Shown: one piece after another, positions 9,668 to 20,218 of the stretch | Position numbering within the stretch: the stretch's first letter is position 1 | Layout: every line of letters begins with the position of its first letter | Origin: an uncultured Pseudomonadota bacterium | GTDB taxonomy: Bacteria > Desulfobacterota > Syntrophorhabdia > Syntrophorhabdales > CAYQXL01 | Assembly: GCA_964651435.1 (NCBI GenBank) | Contig: CAZYVU010000003.1 | Span: forward strand, 51,269 to 115,268 | Length of the DNA stretch: 64,000 nt | Direction of reading: 5' to 3' | Notes under the pieces: generated by a model | Seen by the model: only the letters and a program-made list of their open reading frames with translations | Told to the model about the DNA's origin: nothing | Database searches by the model: none | Position numbers and translations under genes: made by a program

Positions 9668-11530
9668 TTAATTGGTTGGGGGAGGGAGCGGGGTTTCCGC
9701 TTCCGGGAACCTGAAGAGGGCGAAACGTTCCTCATCGTCGTCCTTTTCCGTCTTCTGGAGGAGTATGGGCGTGAGGCCCTTCAGGTAAACGTGGGTCTTG
9801 AAAAGCCTCATCATGCTTACGTCCATGATGAGAAGGCCACCGGGGTTGCGAAGACCGAAGGTCCGGAGTTCGGCAGGCGTGTTGACACTCTGTATACAGC
9901 CGACGTCAAGGTAATAGATGAGCGAGGCCGTCGCCCCCAGGAAGACAGCGACCCTCTGCCTGTCTGCGGCAGCGACGTGAGGCCGGACCTCGTTGCAGAA
10001 GGCCTTGAGCGTCCTGCCCCGCTCCGCAATGGACGTGCCTGCACCGAGGACCAAGAGCTCCATGATCACGACCCCTGCGAAGAGGGTGGTGGCCGCCAGG
10101 GGCCGTGATCCCCTCTTCAGCATCACAAGTGCTGCAAGCCCTGCAGCCATCACCGCCGGCCCGGCCAGGAAGAGGGAGTAATGCCGGTATGCGGGCGCAA
10201 TAAAGGGCGCTGCCAGTGCTGCAAGTCCGGCTGCCGCAACGGCAGAAGCGGTAACTGCGATGACGAAGGAGAGAAGGTCCTTTGCCTTGACGGGCCCACG
10301 GCTGATCCAGTCACCCACGGCCTTACCTGCGATGAGGGTGAGCCCAGGAACGATCGGAAGGATGTAGTAGCCGCGGCGTGAGCCCGAGAGGGTGAAAAAG
10401 ACAAAGATGCCGAGCACTGAGAAAAGGCACCACAGCTTGCGGCGGTCCCTTTCCCAGCGCCGCCCGTCCCAGAGGCCGGCTATGGCCACGAGGGTCCAGG
10501 GGACGAGGAAGACGGGCGTGTGAAGGAGATAGGTGTAGACGGGATCCTTGTGGTCAAAGGGCCGGAAAAACCGTGTAATGTTTTCTGTGACCATGAGCTG
10601 CACGGGCAGCCAGGACCCTGTGGCCGCCACGGGCCAGAGAAGAAGGGCGGAAAAGAGCGCTGCGCCGGCGACGATGGCCGCCAGGGCCGGTGCGGAGAGA
10701 AGCCAGCGAAACTCCTCCCGGAGGATGGGCCACGCCTGCGCCTGCCACGGAAGCCCCTGAGCGGCGGCGGCTCGGCACCGGTACGCAACGGCAGCAAGGC
10801 TGTAGCTACCCGCTGCAAAGAGGGCCACGGCCGGTGCCACGGGTCCTTTACAAAAGGAGGCCACCGCCCCTGTTCCATAGAAGGCGAGAAGCCAGGGAAA
10901 CCTTCCCCGGGCAGCGCCCGCCAGAAAAAAGAAGGCCATGGACCAGATGCCGAGCAGGTTCAGCACCTCGGCGGAAGCCGTGCGGGACCAGAAAAGAAAC
11001 ATGGTCATGGTGGTCAGGAGAAGTGCCGCCGTACCGCCTGCGGGCCTGCTGAAAAGCCTTCTGCCGATAAGATAGGTAATGACGACGGCGAGAAGGCCGG
11101 CGATGGCGCTGGGGAGGCGAAGAGTAAGCTCCGTCAGGCCGAAGGGGAAGGCAAAAGGAAGGGTGAGCCAGTGAGAAAGAAGCGGCTTGTCGAAGTCGGG
11201 AACGCAGTTGGTCGTGGGGTAGAAGTAGTTGCCCGATACCATCATCTCGCGGACGATGAGGGCCCACCGGCCCTCGGGTCCCCACAACGTCCTGACGGAG
11301 AGGCCGACGGAGAGGAGTAGGGCCGCAAGGAGGCCAAGGCCGAGAAGCCAAAGCCAGTCGGCCTTTGACCATCGCAGCCCAGGAAAGAGGCTCTCGGGAG
11401 GCCCAAGTATGTTCGGTCTCTCGGACAAGGGTGCAATCAATGAACCATACTTCGAGGCGGCGTGGCAAGATATCCTATTACCCAACCGTACCCGAAGTCG
11501 CCATGAAGCGCCAGATCCTTCCCGTCGCAA
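9668..11530 (-). CDS. ArnT/GT-C family membrane glycosyltransferase (start uncertain, probably downstream of 11530)
   Basis: WGPEGRWALIVREM, FDKPLLSHW, multiple TM helices, SRRGYYILP; ArnT/PMT-like architecture. Confidence 0.8.
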   Translation of the reverse strand: MRREGSGASWRLRVRLGNRISCHAASKYGSLIAPLSERPNILGPPESLFPGLRWSKADWLWLLGLGLLAALLLSVGLSVRTLWGPEGRWALIVREMMVSGNYFYPTTNCVPDFDKPLLSHWLTLPFAFPFGLTELTLRLPSAIAGLLAVVITYLIGRRLFSRPAGGTAALLLTTMTMFLFWSRTASAEVLNLLGIWSMAFFFLAGAARGRFPWLLAFYGTGAVASFCKGPVAPAVALFAAGSYSLAAVAYRCRAAAAQGLPWQAQAWPILREEFRWLLSAPALAAIVAGAALFSALLLWPVAATGSWLPVQLMVTENITRFFRPFDHKDPVYTYLLHTPVFLVPWTLVAIAGLWDGRRWERDRRKLWCLFSVLGIFVFFTLSGSRRGYYILPIVPGLTLIAGKAVGDWISRGPVKAKDLLSFVIAVTASAVAAAGLAALAAPFIAPAYRHYSLFLAGPAVMAAGLAALVMLKRGSRPLAATTLFAGVVIMELLVLGAGTSIAERGRTLKAFCNEVRPHVAAADRQRVAVFLGATASLIYYLDVGCIQSVNTPAELRTFGLRNPGGLLIMDVSMMRLFKTHVYLKGLTPILLQKTEKDDDEERFALFRFPEAETPLPPPTN

Positions 11531-11643
11531 ACCTGCGGAGGGAGGAGCTCTTGCAGGCCCTCACCTGTGCGCAGGGAGAGTAAGGGTTCGCCCATGAGAG
11601 GGCCCCGCGCTCCTCAAACCCCTTGGCCTCCCATCGTTCCTTG

Positions 11644-12339
11644 TTATTTCCGCCAGGACAGGCGCTTTTCCGTCCACCGCGAGAGGCTGGTGAAGGCGAA
11701 GCAGATGATGAAGTAGATGACGGCGACGAAGGCGAAGATTTCCGTGGGATAGATCATGGTGCGGTTGTTGATCTGCGTGGCTGCGTGCGTCAGCTCCGAG
11801 ACCCCGACGATGAAAGCCAGGGACGTATCTTTGATCATGGAGACGAACTGGTTGACGAAGGATGGTATCATGTTCCTCAGGCCCTGGGGCAGGACGATAA
11901 AGACCATGACCTGCCAGGGCTTAAGCCCCGTCGAAAGGCCCGCCTCCGTCTGGCCCCGCGGGATGCCCTCGACGCCTGCCTTGACGATCTGCGACATGTA
12001 GGCGGAGGTGAAGATGGTGAGGGCCGCGATGACGGTCCAGCTCTCCGATACGGTGCCTCCCATGACGGCAGGCAGAAGGAAGTACATCCAGAATATGACC
12101 ATGAGGAGCGGCATGCCCCTGATGAAGTTGAGGACGACCAGCGTGGCGTACCGGATGGGCCTGTTGTGGGAGATGTTCAGGAGACCGAGAATGAGACCGC
12201 CGAAAAAGGAGAGGATACAGGCCACGACGGCGAGATAGAGGGTCAGCGCGATGCCGCCGAGGGGGCCGTGGGGAAAGCGGCCGATAAAAAAGTAGGTGAT
12301 GTTCGTCCAGATGACGGTGAAATTAAGACCCGTTTCCAT
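11644..12339 (-). CDS. Polar amino-acid ABC transporter permease
   Basis: FIRGMPLL, EAA loop GQTEAGLSTG, MIKDTSLA. Confidence 0.92.
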   Translation of the reverse strand: METGLNFTVIWTNITYFFIGRFPHGPLGGIALTLYLAVVACILSFFGGLILGLLNISHNRPIRYATLVVLNFIRGMPLLMVIFWMYFLLPAVMGGTVSESWTVIAALTIFTSAYMSQIVKAGVEGIPRGQTEAGLSTGLKPWQVMVFIVLPQGLRNMIPSFVNQFVSMIKDTSLAFIVGVSELTHAATQINNRTMIYPTEIFAFVAVIYFIICFAFTSLSRWTEKRLSWRK

Positions 12340-12340
12340 G

Positions 12341-13048
12341 TCACCGTGCCTTCATGGGACTGAGAAACTTCTCGTCGTAGTAGGTAATGAGGAGCGTGAT
12401 GATGACGGAAAGGACGACATAGACGAGGGTTGCGGCCGTGAAGGCCTCGAAACCCTTGAACGTATAACTTTCCACCTGCCGTGCCTGATAGGTCAGCTCC
12501 ATGACCCCGATGGTCATGGCCAACGACGAGTTCTTCGTCAGGTTCAGGAACTGGTTAATGAGGGGCGGTATGGTGAGCCGCACTGCCTGGGGCAGAATGA
12601 TGTACTGCATGGACCGTATGTAGGAGAAGCCCGAACTTCGTGCCGCCTCCAACTGCTCCTTCGGGATTGAGCGAACGCCGGACCGAATATCCTCGGCGAT
12701 GAATGCCGATGTGTAGATGGTCAGTGCGATAACGGCGGCGGCGAACTCGAAATTGGTCTTGTTGAGCCAGTCGTTGAAGGCCTGGGGCAGGATCTTGTAG
12801 GAACCGAAATACCAGAAGAAGATCTGGATAAGGAGCGGCGTATTGCGGAAGAACTCAAGGTATCCGTGGGCAAACCATCGGAAAGGTCCCACGTGGCTCA
12901 TGCGCATCATGGCGATGATGAGCCCCAGGAGGAAAGAAAGGACGATGGAGACGACGGAAAGCTGCACCGTCGTATAGAAGCCCGAAAGAAGCCACTCGAA
13001 ATATTTTCCCGAGGTGACGACGGACCAATCGAACTGGTACTTAAGCAC
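12341..13048 (-). CDS. Polar amino-acid ABC transporter permease
   Basis: FRNTPLLIQ, EQLEAARSSG, LTKNSSLA. Confidence 0.92.
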   Translation of the reverse strand: MLKYQFDWSVVTSGKYFEWLLSGFYTTVQLSVVSIVLSFLLGLIIAMMRMSHVGPFRWFAHGYLEFFRNTPLLIQIFFWYFGSYKILPQAFNDWLNKTNFEFAAAVIALTIYTSAFIAEDIRSGVRSIPKEQLEAARSSGFSYIRSMQYIILPQAVRLTIPPLINQFLNLTKNSSLAMTIGVMELTYQARQVESYTFKGFEAFTAATLVYVVLSVIITLLITYYDEKFLSPMKAR

Positions 13049-13177
13049 CGGTCTTAACCCTGTCCCTTATCAAGCAACGGTATAGAGCCGGAGAGGGGCC
13101 TATCGGCGAGCCGCAGCAAGAAGTTTTGTGCCTTTTCTCCGTTTCGCCGATTCTCCCCATCCCCATCTCGCTCTTTT

Positions 13178-13993
13178 CTACTTGTCCGCCGTGATCTTAA
13201 ACTTACCCCGTGCCATCGGGGTGGAGGCGGTGGGTCCGAACCATTTGTCGAATATCTTCTTTGCCTCGCCGGTCTTTTCCATGTCAAGGAGCGTCTTGTT
13301 GACGAAATCCACGAACGCCTTTTCGCCCTTCCTGATGCCGAGGCCGTAGGGTTCATCCGATATCTGGATGTCGGGAATCTCGAACTGTTCCTTGTTTGGT
13401 GCCTTGCCGAGGAGGTTGGCCAGGATCGACTCGTCCGTTGTCACGGCAACGACCTTGCCCTGCTGGAGGGCCAGGAATGCCTGCGGGTAGTCGTCAAAGG
13501 AGAGGACCGTCGCCTTCGGCAGGGCCTTCGAAGCGTTCTGCTCCGACGTGGAGCCCTTTGCCGTCCCTATCCTTTTGCCTTCGAGGTCGGCAAGGCTTTT
13601 CACCGTGCCCTTCTTGGTCAGAAATTTCTGGCCCGTCATGAAATAGGTGTAGCTAAAATCGATCTGTTTTGCTCTTTCGGCTGTCTTCGTCATCGTTGCC
13701 GCAATCATGTCGATGTTGCCCTCAACGAGCTGCGGCATGCGGCTCGCCGACGTAACAGGCTTGAGCTGCAGCTTCACGCCCAGCTTGTTGGCGATGTAGC
13801 GGCAAAAGTCAACGTCGTACCCTACGATTTCCCTGGTCTTCTCATCGATAAAACCGAAGCCCGGCGTGGAGTCCTTTACCCCACAGACGAGGGCGCCCCT
13901 CTTCTTGATGTTGTCGAGGGTGTCGGCCATGACGGCCGTTGCGGCGAAGGTGATTACCATCACCGCCAGGATAAGGAAACTGACCTTTTTCAT
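13178..13993 (-). CDS. Polar amino-acid ABC transporter substrate-binding protein (family 3)
   Basis: Signal peptide, GYDVDFC, TMTKTAERAKQIDFS, EPYGLG. Confidence 0.92.
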   Translation of the reverse strand: MKKVSFLILAVMVITFAATAVMADTLDNIKKRGALVCGVKDSTPGFGFIDEKTREIVGYDVDFCRYIANKLGVKLQLKPVTSASRMPQLVEGNIDMIAATMTKTAERAKQIDFSYTYFMTGQKFLTKKGTVKSLADLEGKRIGTAKGSTSEQNASKALPKATVLSFDDYPQAFLALQQGKVVAVTTDESILANLLGKAPNKEQFEIPDIQISDEPYGLGIRKGEKAFVDFVNKTLLDMEKTGEAKKIFDKWFGPTASTPMARGKFKITADK

Positions 13994-14017
13994 AGTGTAA
14001 ACTCCTCCTTATTTGAT

Positions 14018-14752
14018 TCAGTGCATGGGCGACAGTATCTCTTTCAGGAACTGGCGGGCCCTGTCTGTCTTTGGTGCCTTGAAAAACTCATCGGGTTTTG
14101 CCTCCTCCACGATAACGCCATAATCCATGAAGGCAACCCGGTCGGAGACCTCGCTCGCAAAGCCCATCTCGTGGGTTACTACAATCATGGTCATGCCGGA
14201 CTTGGCAAGGTCCTGCATAACCAGAAGCACCTCGCCTATCATTTCCGGGTCGAGGGCTGACGTGGGCTCGTCGAAAAGCATGATCCGAGGCTTCATTGCC
14301 AGCGCCCGCGCTATAGCAACACGCTGCTGTTGGCCCCCTGAAAGCTGCGACGGGTAGGCGTCGCGCTTGTCCGCCAGGCCCACCCTCTCCAGGAGGGTCA
14401 TGGCCTGCTGCTCCGCCTCTGCCTTCCCCAGACCGCGAATCTTTACCGGTGCCAGCGTGACGTTCCTGAGGACGGAAAGGTGGGGATAGAGGTTGAACTG
14501 CTGGAACACAAACCCTATCTCCGCCCTCAACTTGTTGATGTCCGTCTTGCGGTCCGATATGTCCAGGCCATCGACGATGAGTTTGCCTTCGTTGATCGGT
14601 TCCAGCTTGTTAATCGTTCGAATGAGTGTTGATTTGCCCGACCCCGAGGGGCCGCAAACGACCAGCACCTCCCCCTGTCTGACGAAGAGATTGACGTTGT
14701 TCAAGACGTGTAGGTCTTTGAACCACTTGTGCACACCCTGGAATTCGATCAT
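14018..14752 (-). CDS. Polar amino-acid ABC transporter ATPase (GlnQ-like)
   Basis: [34 protein letters not shown]; start ATG 14752. Confidence 0.93.
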   Translation of the reverse strand: MIEFQGVHKWFKDLHVLNNVNLFVRQGEVLVVCGPSGSGKSTLIRTINKLEPINEGKLIVDGLDISDRKTDINKLRAEIGFVFQQFNLYPHLSVLRNVTLAPVKIRGLGKAEAEQQAMTLLERVGLADKRDAYPSQLSGGQQQRVAIARALAMKPRIMLFDEPTSALDPEMIGEVLLVMQDLAKSGMTMIVVTHEMGFASEVSDRVAFMDYGVIVEEAKPDEFFKAPKTDRARQFLKEILSPMH

Positions 14753-14898
14753 CTGCCGCTCCTGGCCCGGGACTCGCAATCTTCCTTTAAAGCCTATCTC
14801 TTCAGAAGCTCGCTGAAAAGCGTATTACTATACACTAATTAGGGACTTACAGGCAATGGGTGTGTCGTCCTTGAGCCCAGAGGCGGAGTTGAAGGGGG

Positions 14899-15588
14899 TT
14901 AGACCATAAGGTACTTCTTCTTCACTTCCTCATTTGCCTCGAGCTCTGCCACGGTGCCTTCGAAACGGATGTTCCCATTATCTATAACGTAGGCCCTGTT
15001 AATGAGTTTGAGAGCGCTACGAACGTTTTGCTCCGAAAGAAGGATGCTGATGCCTGCATCCTTAAGCCTCAGAATCTGCTCCTCCAGATCGCGCACAATA
15101 AGGGGGGCGAGGCCTTCCGTGGGCTCGTCGAGCAAAAGGAGCTCAGGACCACCCATCAGTGCCCTTGCTATGGTAAGCATCTGTTGCTCTCCGCCGCTTA
15201 AGTTGCCGGCACGCCTCGTCTTTATTTCGGCCAGGGCAGGAAATATGTTGTAAACGCGCTCCTTGTTCCAGTCCTGTGCCCGTGCGTGAACGATGTCGAG
15301 GTTATCGTCAACGGAAAGGTCGGCAAAGACCCGCCTGTCATCAGGTACATATCCAATGCCCTTTCTGAACAGCAGGTAGGGCTTGGCTCCCGTGATGTCT
15401 TTGCCGTTAAACGTGATGGTGCCCTCTTTGGGTGGGGTGAGCCCCATAATGCTCCTCATGGTGGTGCTCTTGCCGGCGCCGTTGCGGCCGAGCAGACCCA
15501 CGACCTCACTCCTGGTGACGGTAAGGCTTACATTGAAGAGGATGTGGCTCAGCCCGTAGTATGTGTGAATGCCGTCTACATTAAGCAT
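14899..15588 (-). CDS. Branched-chain amino-acid-type ABC ATPase (LivF-like)
   Basis: GRNGAGKST, LSGGEQQMLTIARAL, DEPTEGLAP. Confidence 0.92.
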   Translation of the reverse strand: MLNVDGIHTYYGLSHILFNVSLTVTRSEVVGLLGRNGAGKSTTMRSIMGLTPPKEGTITFNGKDITGAKPYLLFRKGIGYVPDDRRVFADLSVDDNLDIVHARAQDWNKERVYNIFPALAEIKTRRAGNLSGGEQQMLTIARALMGGPELLLLDEPTEGLAPLIVRDLEEQILRLKDAGISILLSEQNVRSALKLINRAYVIDNGNIRFEGTVAELEANEEVKKKYLMV

Positions 15589-16325
15589 ACGTCGCTCCCG
15601 CCCAGATAGGCGTCCTGCACCGCCTCGTTGCAGCGCACCTCGTTGCAGGTACCTTGGACGATTGTTGTCCCCCGCACCATGACCATAATCCTATTTGCTA
15701 TGCCGAACACAATCTCCATGTCGTGTTCGCAAAAAAGGATCGTCAGCCCCATCTTTTCCCTAAGGTGCTGGATAAGGTCTATGCACCGGGCCGTCTCTTC
15801 CGGCGACATGCCTGCCGTCGGTTCATCGAGAATGAGGAACTCCGGGTTGCCCCCCAAAGCCATAGCGATTTCCAGGACCTTTCGGTCACCGTGGGACAGC
15901 GCCCCGCTCATTCTATCTTTTTTGTCCAGAAGGCCCACGTTCCTCAGCAGCTCTGTCGTCTCTTCGACGGCCAACTTTGTCGATGGGGTGAAGAGATTCC
16001 ATGTCTTTTTCTCACGGGAGAGGATGGAAATCTGGGTGTTTTCGAAAATGGTGAGGCGATTAAAGACGTTGACAACCTGAAAGGACCGGGAAATTCGCTT
16101 TCTGCACACCTGATGAGGTTGAAGGCCCTTGATATCCTCGCCCTTGAAGAGGACTTGTCCGGAATCAGGCTTCAGCACGCCGGTAATGAGGTTGAAGAGG
16201 GTCGTTTTTCCTGCGCCATTTGGGCCGATGACAGCGACAATCTCTCCCTGATTGACGTCAAGGTTGGCATTGCTGACGGCCTTAAATCCGCCGAACGATT
16301 TCGCTAATGATCTAACCTGCAGCAC
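15576..16325 (-). CDS. Branched-chain amino-acid-type ABC ATPase (LivG-like)
   Basis: GPNGAGKTT, LSHGDRK, DEPTAGM, AYLG end. Confidence 0.92.
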   Translation of the reverse strand: MLQVRSLAKSFGGFKAVSNANLDVNQGEIVAVIGPNGAGKTTLFNLITGVLKPDSGQVLFKGEDIKGLQPHQVCRKRISRSFQVVNVFNRLTIFENTQISILSREKKTWNLFTPSTKLAVEETTELLRNVGLLDKKDRMSGALSHGDRKVLEIAMALGGNPEFLILDEPTAGMSPEETARCIDLIQHLREKMGLTILFCEHDMEIVFGIANRIMVMVRGTTIVQGTCNEVRCNEAVQDAYLGGSDVCLM

Positions 16326-16328
16326 CGG

Positions 16329-17285
16329 TCACTCCTTGATTGCGACAACGGTTCCCTTGCGGCGGAACATCCCTTCCAGCCACCCAAGGACGCCGTCAGG
16401 TAAGAAGAAAATGACGGCCATAAAAATGATGCCAAGAACGAGTGCCCAATAGAGCGTGTAGGTACTCACAAAGGTCCTGAGCAATACAATGATGGCCGCG
16501 CCGAGCATAGGCCCGAGGAAGGTGAACCATCCCCCGAGGAGGCACATGATGATGGACTCCATGGACAGTGTCCAAAACATCATGTCGGGAAAGACCGTGT
16601 TGTCGACGGCAACGAAGAGCGTTCCCGCCACGCCGGCGAAAAAGCCTGCGATGGCGAGGGCCACAAGTTGGTGCCGCCGCACGTTGACTCCGATCATGCC
16701 GCTCCGCACCGGATTGTCCCGTATGCCTTGTAGGACGCTGCCAAAAGGTGACTTGAGCATCCTGTACATGAGGTAGAGTGAGATGACCGACACGATGAGG
16801 GTAAAGTAGTAGGCGCCGGTGGCCGAAGAGATGATATCGGGCATCGATATCCCGTGGATGCCGTCGTCGCCGCCGGTAAAGGAGTACCAGCGGTAGACGA
16901 TGGCCCACACCAGCGATCCGAGAGAGATCTGGAGCATACCGAAATAGAGCTTGGAAAGGCGTATGCAAATGATCCCCATAACGAGGCTCAAGGCTGCCGC
17001 CACGACCGGCCCCACAATAAAACCAAGCCAGGGGGAAAGCCCTGATTTGGTGATCATGAGGGCGGCTCCGTAGGCCCCCACCCCGTAAAAGACGGCATGG
17101 TGGAGCTGGAAGATACCTCCGAATCCAAGCACAAAGTTGTTGCTTGTAGCCAGAAGCCCGTAGAGAAAGATGATGGACAGCACATAGATGTAAAACCGGG
17201 GTAACACAAAGGGCAAGAGACAAAGAACGACGAGTGCCGCTGTCCACCAGATTTTTTCCTTTGCGCTTAGCGTACCCGTTGCCAT
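16329..17285 (-). CDS. LIV-type ABC permease (LivM-like)
   Basis: TGGDDGIHG, SPFG..LQGIRDNP, LGGWFTFLGP. Confidence 0.9.
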   Translation of the reverse strand: MATGTLSAKEKIWWTAALVVLCLLPFVLPRFYIYVLSIIFLYGLLATSNNFVLGFGGIFQLHHAVFYGVGAYGAALMITKSGLSPWLGFIVGPVVAAALSLVMGIICIRLSKLYFGMLQISLGSLVWAIVYRWYSFTGGDDGIHGISMPDIISSATGAYYFTLIVSVISLYLMYRMLKSPFGSVLQGIRDNPVRSGMIGVNVRRHQLVALAIAGFFAGVAGTLFVAVDNTVFPDMMFWTLSMESIIMCLLGGWFTFLGPMLGAAIIVLLRTFVSTYTLYWALVLGIIFMAVIFFLPDGVLGWLEGMFRRKGTVVAIKE

Positions 17286-17298
17286 GCTCTGCTCCTCG

Positions 17299-18198
17299 TC
17301 ACCACGTTGATTTCAGCAGGCCCGTCGGCCTGAACAGGAGAACGACAATAACGGCCAGATAGGGGAAGATAATGCCGAACTGGGGCCATACGAGAATGCC
17401 CAGGGATTGGGTAAGACCGAAAATGAGGGCGCCGAGGAGCGCTCCCCAAATGTTTCCCAGTCCGCCCATAATTACTATGAGAAAGGCCTCCATGATGAGT
17501 GTGTGGTCCATGCCCAGGGTGACGCTTACGGTGGGCGCGACGAGAACGCCTCCGAGGCCGGCGAGGAAGCAGCCGATAACAAAAACGGAGGCGAAGACCC
17601 AGCTTACGTTGATGCCCACGGCACCGACCATTTCCCTATCCACGGCCGCCGCCCTGGCGATCTTGCCGATCTTCGTTTTGTTGACGAGAAGCCAGAGCGC
17701 GACGGCGATGACAGGGCCGGCAATGAGGAGAAAGGTGCTGTACAGCGGAAAGGGCAGCCCGCCGAAAAGCGGAATGTACCCCTGGAACAGGCGAGGCACG
17801 GGGACGGACTTGTATTCGCCGCCCCAAACAAGTTTTACGAGATCCCCGAAAACGAGGGAGAAGGCAAAGGTGAGGAGAATAAGCATCAGGTGTTCGCGTT
17901 CGTATAGAAACTGAAAAACACCCCTTTCCGCTATGAGGCTTATGGCGGCGACTGCAAGGGGGGCCCCCAAAAGGGCCATCCAGAATCCCATTTCGCCGCC
18001 GCCGAAGACTTTGGAAAGGGAGAAGGCCATGAAGGCCCCTATCATATACAGTGACCCGTGGGCCACATTGGGGATGCGGAGCACCCCCAGAATGAGGCTC
18101 AATCCCGACGAAACGATGAAGAGGATCGTCGTCCTGCTCAGACCCACAAGGATCTGACTCAGAATTCCCGGCGGAATGATGGCGTATATGGCGTCCAC
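17299..18198 (-). CDS. LIV-type ABC permease (LivH-like)
   Basis: NVAHGSLYMIGA, KTKIGKIARA, GGLGNIWGA, RPTGL. Confidence 0.9.
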   Translation of the reverse strand: MDAIYAIIPPGILSQILVGLSRTTILFIVSSGLSLILGVLRIPNVAHGSLYMIGAFMAFSLSKVFGGGEMGFWMALLGAPLAVAAISLIAERGVFQFLYEREHLMLILLTFAFSLVFGDLVKLVWGGEYKSVPVPRLFQGYIPLFGGLPFPLYSTFLLIAGPVIAVALWLLVNKTKIGKIARAAAVDREMVGAVGINVSWVFASVFVIGCFLAGLGGVLVAPTVSVTLGMDHTLIMEAFLIVIMGGLGNIWGALLGALIFGLTQSLGILVWPQFGIIFPYLAVIVVLLFRPTGLLKSTW

Positions 18199-18224
18199 GG
18201 CCCCTTCTCCTTTACCGGAAGACC

Positions 18225-19433
18225 TTAATTCTTACGCTGCTTCAAGACCTCCTGGCAACTCGGCATATAGTCCTTGGCAGGGATGACCTGAATGTCGCCG
18301 GAAATAAGGAAATCATACTTGGGATCCTTCTTCGTTACGCCCCAGTAGGTCGGTAGCTCGAGCTGATGGTCGCAGGCCCTGATGGCTATGGGGCCGACGG
18401 GGCTGTCCAGGGTCATGCCCTCCAGCGTCTTGATAAAGGCGTCGGTGTTCACCTTTCCTGCCTTCTTGTAGCCCTCGGCAATAAACTGGGCCGTCATGTA
18501 GCCCACAATGGCACTCGCCTTGGGATAGCGCTTGTAGGTCTTGTAAAACTCGTCCGCGAAGGCCTTGTTGGCCGGTGTCTCGGGATAGTAGAAGAAATAG
18601 TTCGATGTCCCCCACACGCCCTCGGGTGCATCCTTGCCCTGCGGCAAGAGTGTGCCGAGCTCGTTGGCTGTGTGCTGATAGAAGGGGATCTTCTGGCTCA
18701 GGCCCGTTGCCTTGGCAGCCTTCTGGAAGTTGACCATGCCCGAGCCGCCGGTGGCCACGATGATGAAATCGGGTTTCGCTGCCAATATCTGGGTGATGTA
18801 GGGCGTAAAGTCGGGCTCGCCCAGCTTCCACCACGATTCTCCTATCTTCTGCACCTTCGGGTTCAGCCTTTTCAGGTTGGTCCAGGTGGCATCGGCGATG
18901 GCGTGGCCGTACTCATAATCGTCGCCCGCGATCCAGTACTTGATGAAGGGCTTCTTGGCAAGCGCAACGGCTGCCGCTCTTCCGGCCATCTCCGTGTTTT
19001 CGTTCATGTTGAACACATACTTGTGACCCTTCTCGCCTATGATCTTCTCGCTTTTTGAATAGAAAACAAAGAAAGGTATTTTCTCTTTCTTGGCAAAGTC
19101 CGAGATGGCCAGGGCAGTGCCGCTGTTGATGGTGCCGGCCAGTATATCGACCTTCTCCTTCAGAACCAGCTCTTTTGCCATGGAAAGTCCGATATCGGGT
19201 TTAAACTTCTCGTCTCTGGTGGTGTATTCGATCTTCTTGCCCAACACGCCGCCTTTGGCGTTAATCTTCTCTACCGCCAACTTAAAGCCGTCCAGTGCAT
19301 CCTGGGTAAATGTTGTCGCCGGTCCCGTATACGTGTCGACGATGCCCACCTTGATGGTGTTGGCACCATAGGACATGGAGCCGAGCAACACGAAGCCGAT
19401 GATCAGAAAGACCGAAAGCAAAGTCCTTTTCAT
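18225..19433 (-). CDS. LIV-type ABC substrate-binding protein
   Basis: Signal peptide, IKVG..TYTGP, INAKGGVLGKKIE; heads the operon. Confidence 0.9.
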   Translation of the reverse strand: MKRTLLSVFLIIGFVLLGSMSYGANTIKVGIVDTYTGPATTFTQDALDGFKLAVEKINAKGGVLGKKIEYTTRDEKFKPDIGLSMAKELVLKEKVDILAGTINSGTALAISDFAKKEKIPFFVFYSKSEKIIGEKGHKYVFNMNENTEMAGRAAAVALAKKPFIKYWIAGDDYEYGHAIADATWTNLKRLNPKVQKIGESWWKLGEPDFTPYITQILAAKPDFIIVATGGSGMVNFQKAAKATGLSQKIPFYQHTANELGTLLPQGKDAPEGVWGTSNYFFYYPETPANKAFADEFYKTYKRYPKASAIVGYMTAQFIAEGYKKAGKVNTDAFIKTLEGMTLDSPVGPIAIRACDHQLELPTYWGVTKKDPKYDFLISGDIQVIPAKDYMPSCQEVLKQRKN

Positions 19434-19473
19434 TGAGGCACCCCTTTTTGATGATTTTTGTTACATGCTGAAT

Positions 19474-20205
19474 CTAATTGTTGAACACCGACGCCCTTTT
19501 GTCAATATCAAAACGGCCGGGCCGAGGAAGATTCCCCTCATCCGCTTCCGCCAGAACGAGCCTGAGGATGTCCTTTCTCGTCTCGTTAAGATGGTTCTCA
19601 ATGGTCCGTGCAACGGTCTCCTCTTGCCCCGTTTCGACGGCGGCGACGATGCGTCGGTGGCCCTCGAGAGAGCGAAGCGCCGTCTCCTCTATGTGGATGC
19701 ATCTAACCCGGTACCTGAGCATGTGTCGCCTCAGGGTTTGGGCCAGCTCCAAAAGCCGCTCGCTGCCGCTTGATTTGGCGATGATCTCATGAAATTGGGC
19801 GTCGAAGTCGATGTAGCTCGCCAGGTTGCCCTTGGCCACCGCCCGCTCCTGGCGAAGGACGATCCGTTTCAGGTCTTTCAGAAGCCTTGATCGCGACCTC
19901 TTCATGGCCCAGCGGGCAGCGAGCGCTTCGATGACACCTCTAATTTCACAGATCTGCTCAATCTCTTCTTCATCCAGATCGACGACGACGTAACCCACCC
20001 GCGGCATGGACCGGATAAGCTTCTCCATCTCAAGGCTGTGCAGGGCCTCCCTCACGGGCGTTCTGGACGTGCCTATCTCCCTGGCGATTCTTGTTTCTAC
20101 AAGTCTCTCGTGAGGGGCAATGTCACCACAAAGGATGCGCTCTCTCAGATAATGGTAGACGCGCTCGCGAATGCTCTCATGTTCGTTTTTTTGGGGGTCC
20201 TTCAT
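19474..20205 (-). CDS. GntR/FCD (FadR-subfamily) transcriptional regulator
   Basis: wHTH LVETRIAREIGTSRTPVREAL, FCD DAQFHE and EH..I motifs; start ATG 20205. Confidence 0.92.
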   Translation of the reverse strand: MKDPQKNEHESIRERVYHYLRERILCGDIAPHERLVETRIAREIGTSRTPVREALHSLEMEKLIRSMPRVGYVVVDLDEEEIEQICEIRGVIEALAARWAMKRSRSRLLKDLKRIVLRQERAVAKGNLASYIDFDAQFHEIIAKSSGSERLLELAQTLRRHMLRYRVRCIHIEETALRSLEGHRRIVAAVETGQEETVARTIENHLNETRKDILRLVLAEADEGNLPRPGRFDIDKRASVFNN

Positions 20206-20218
20206 GACCGGATCGTAT

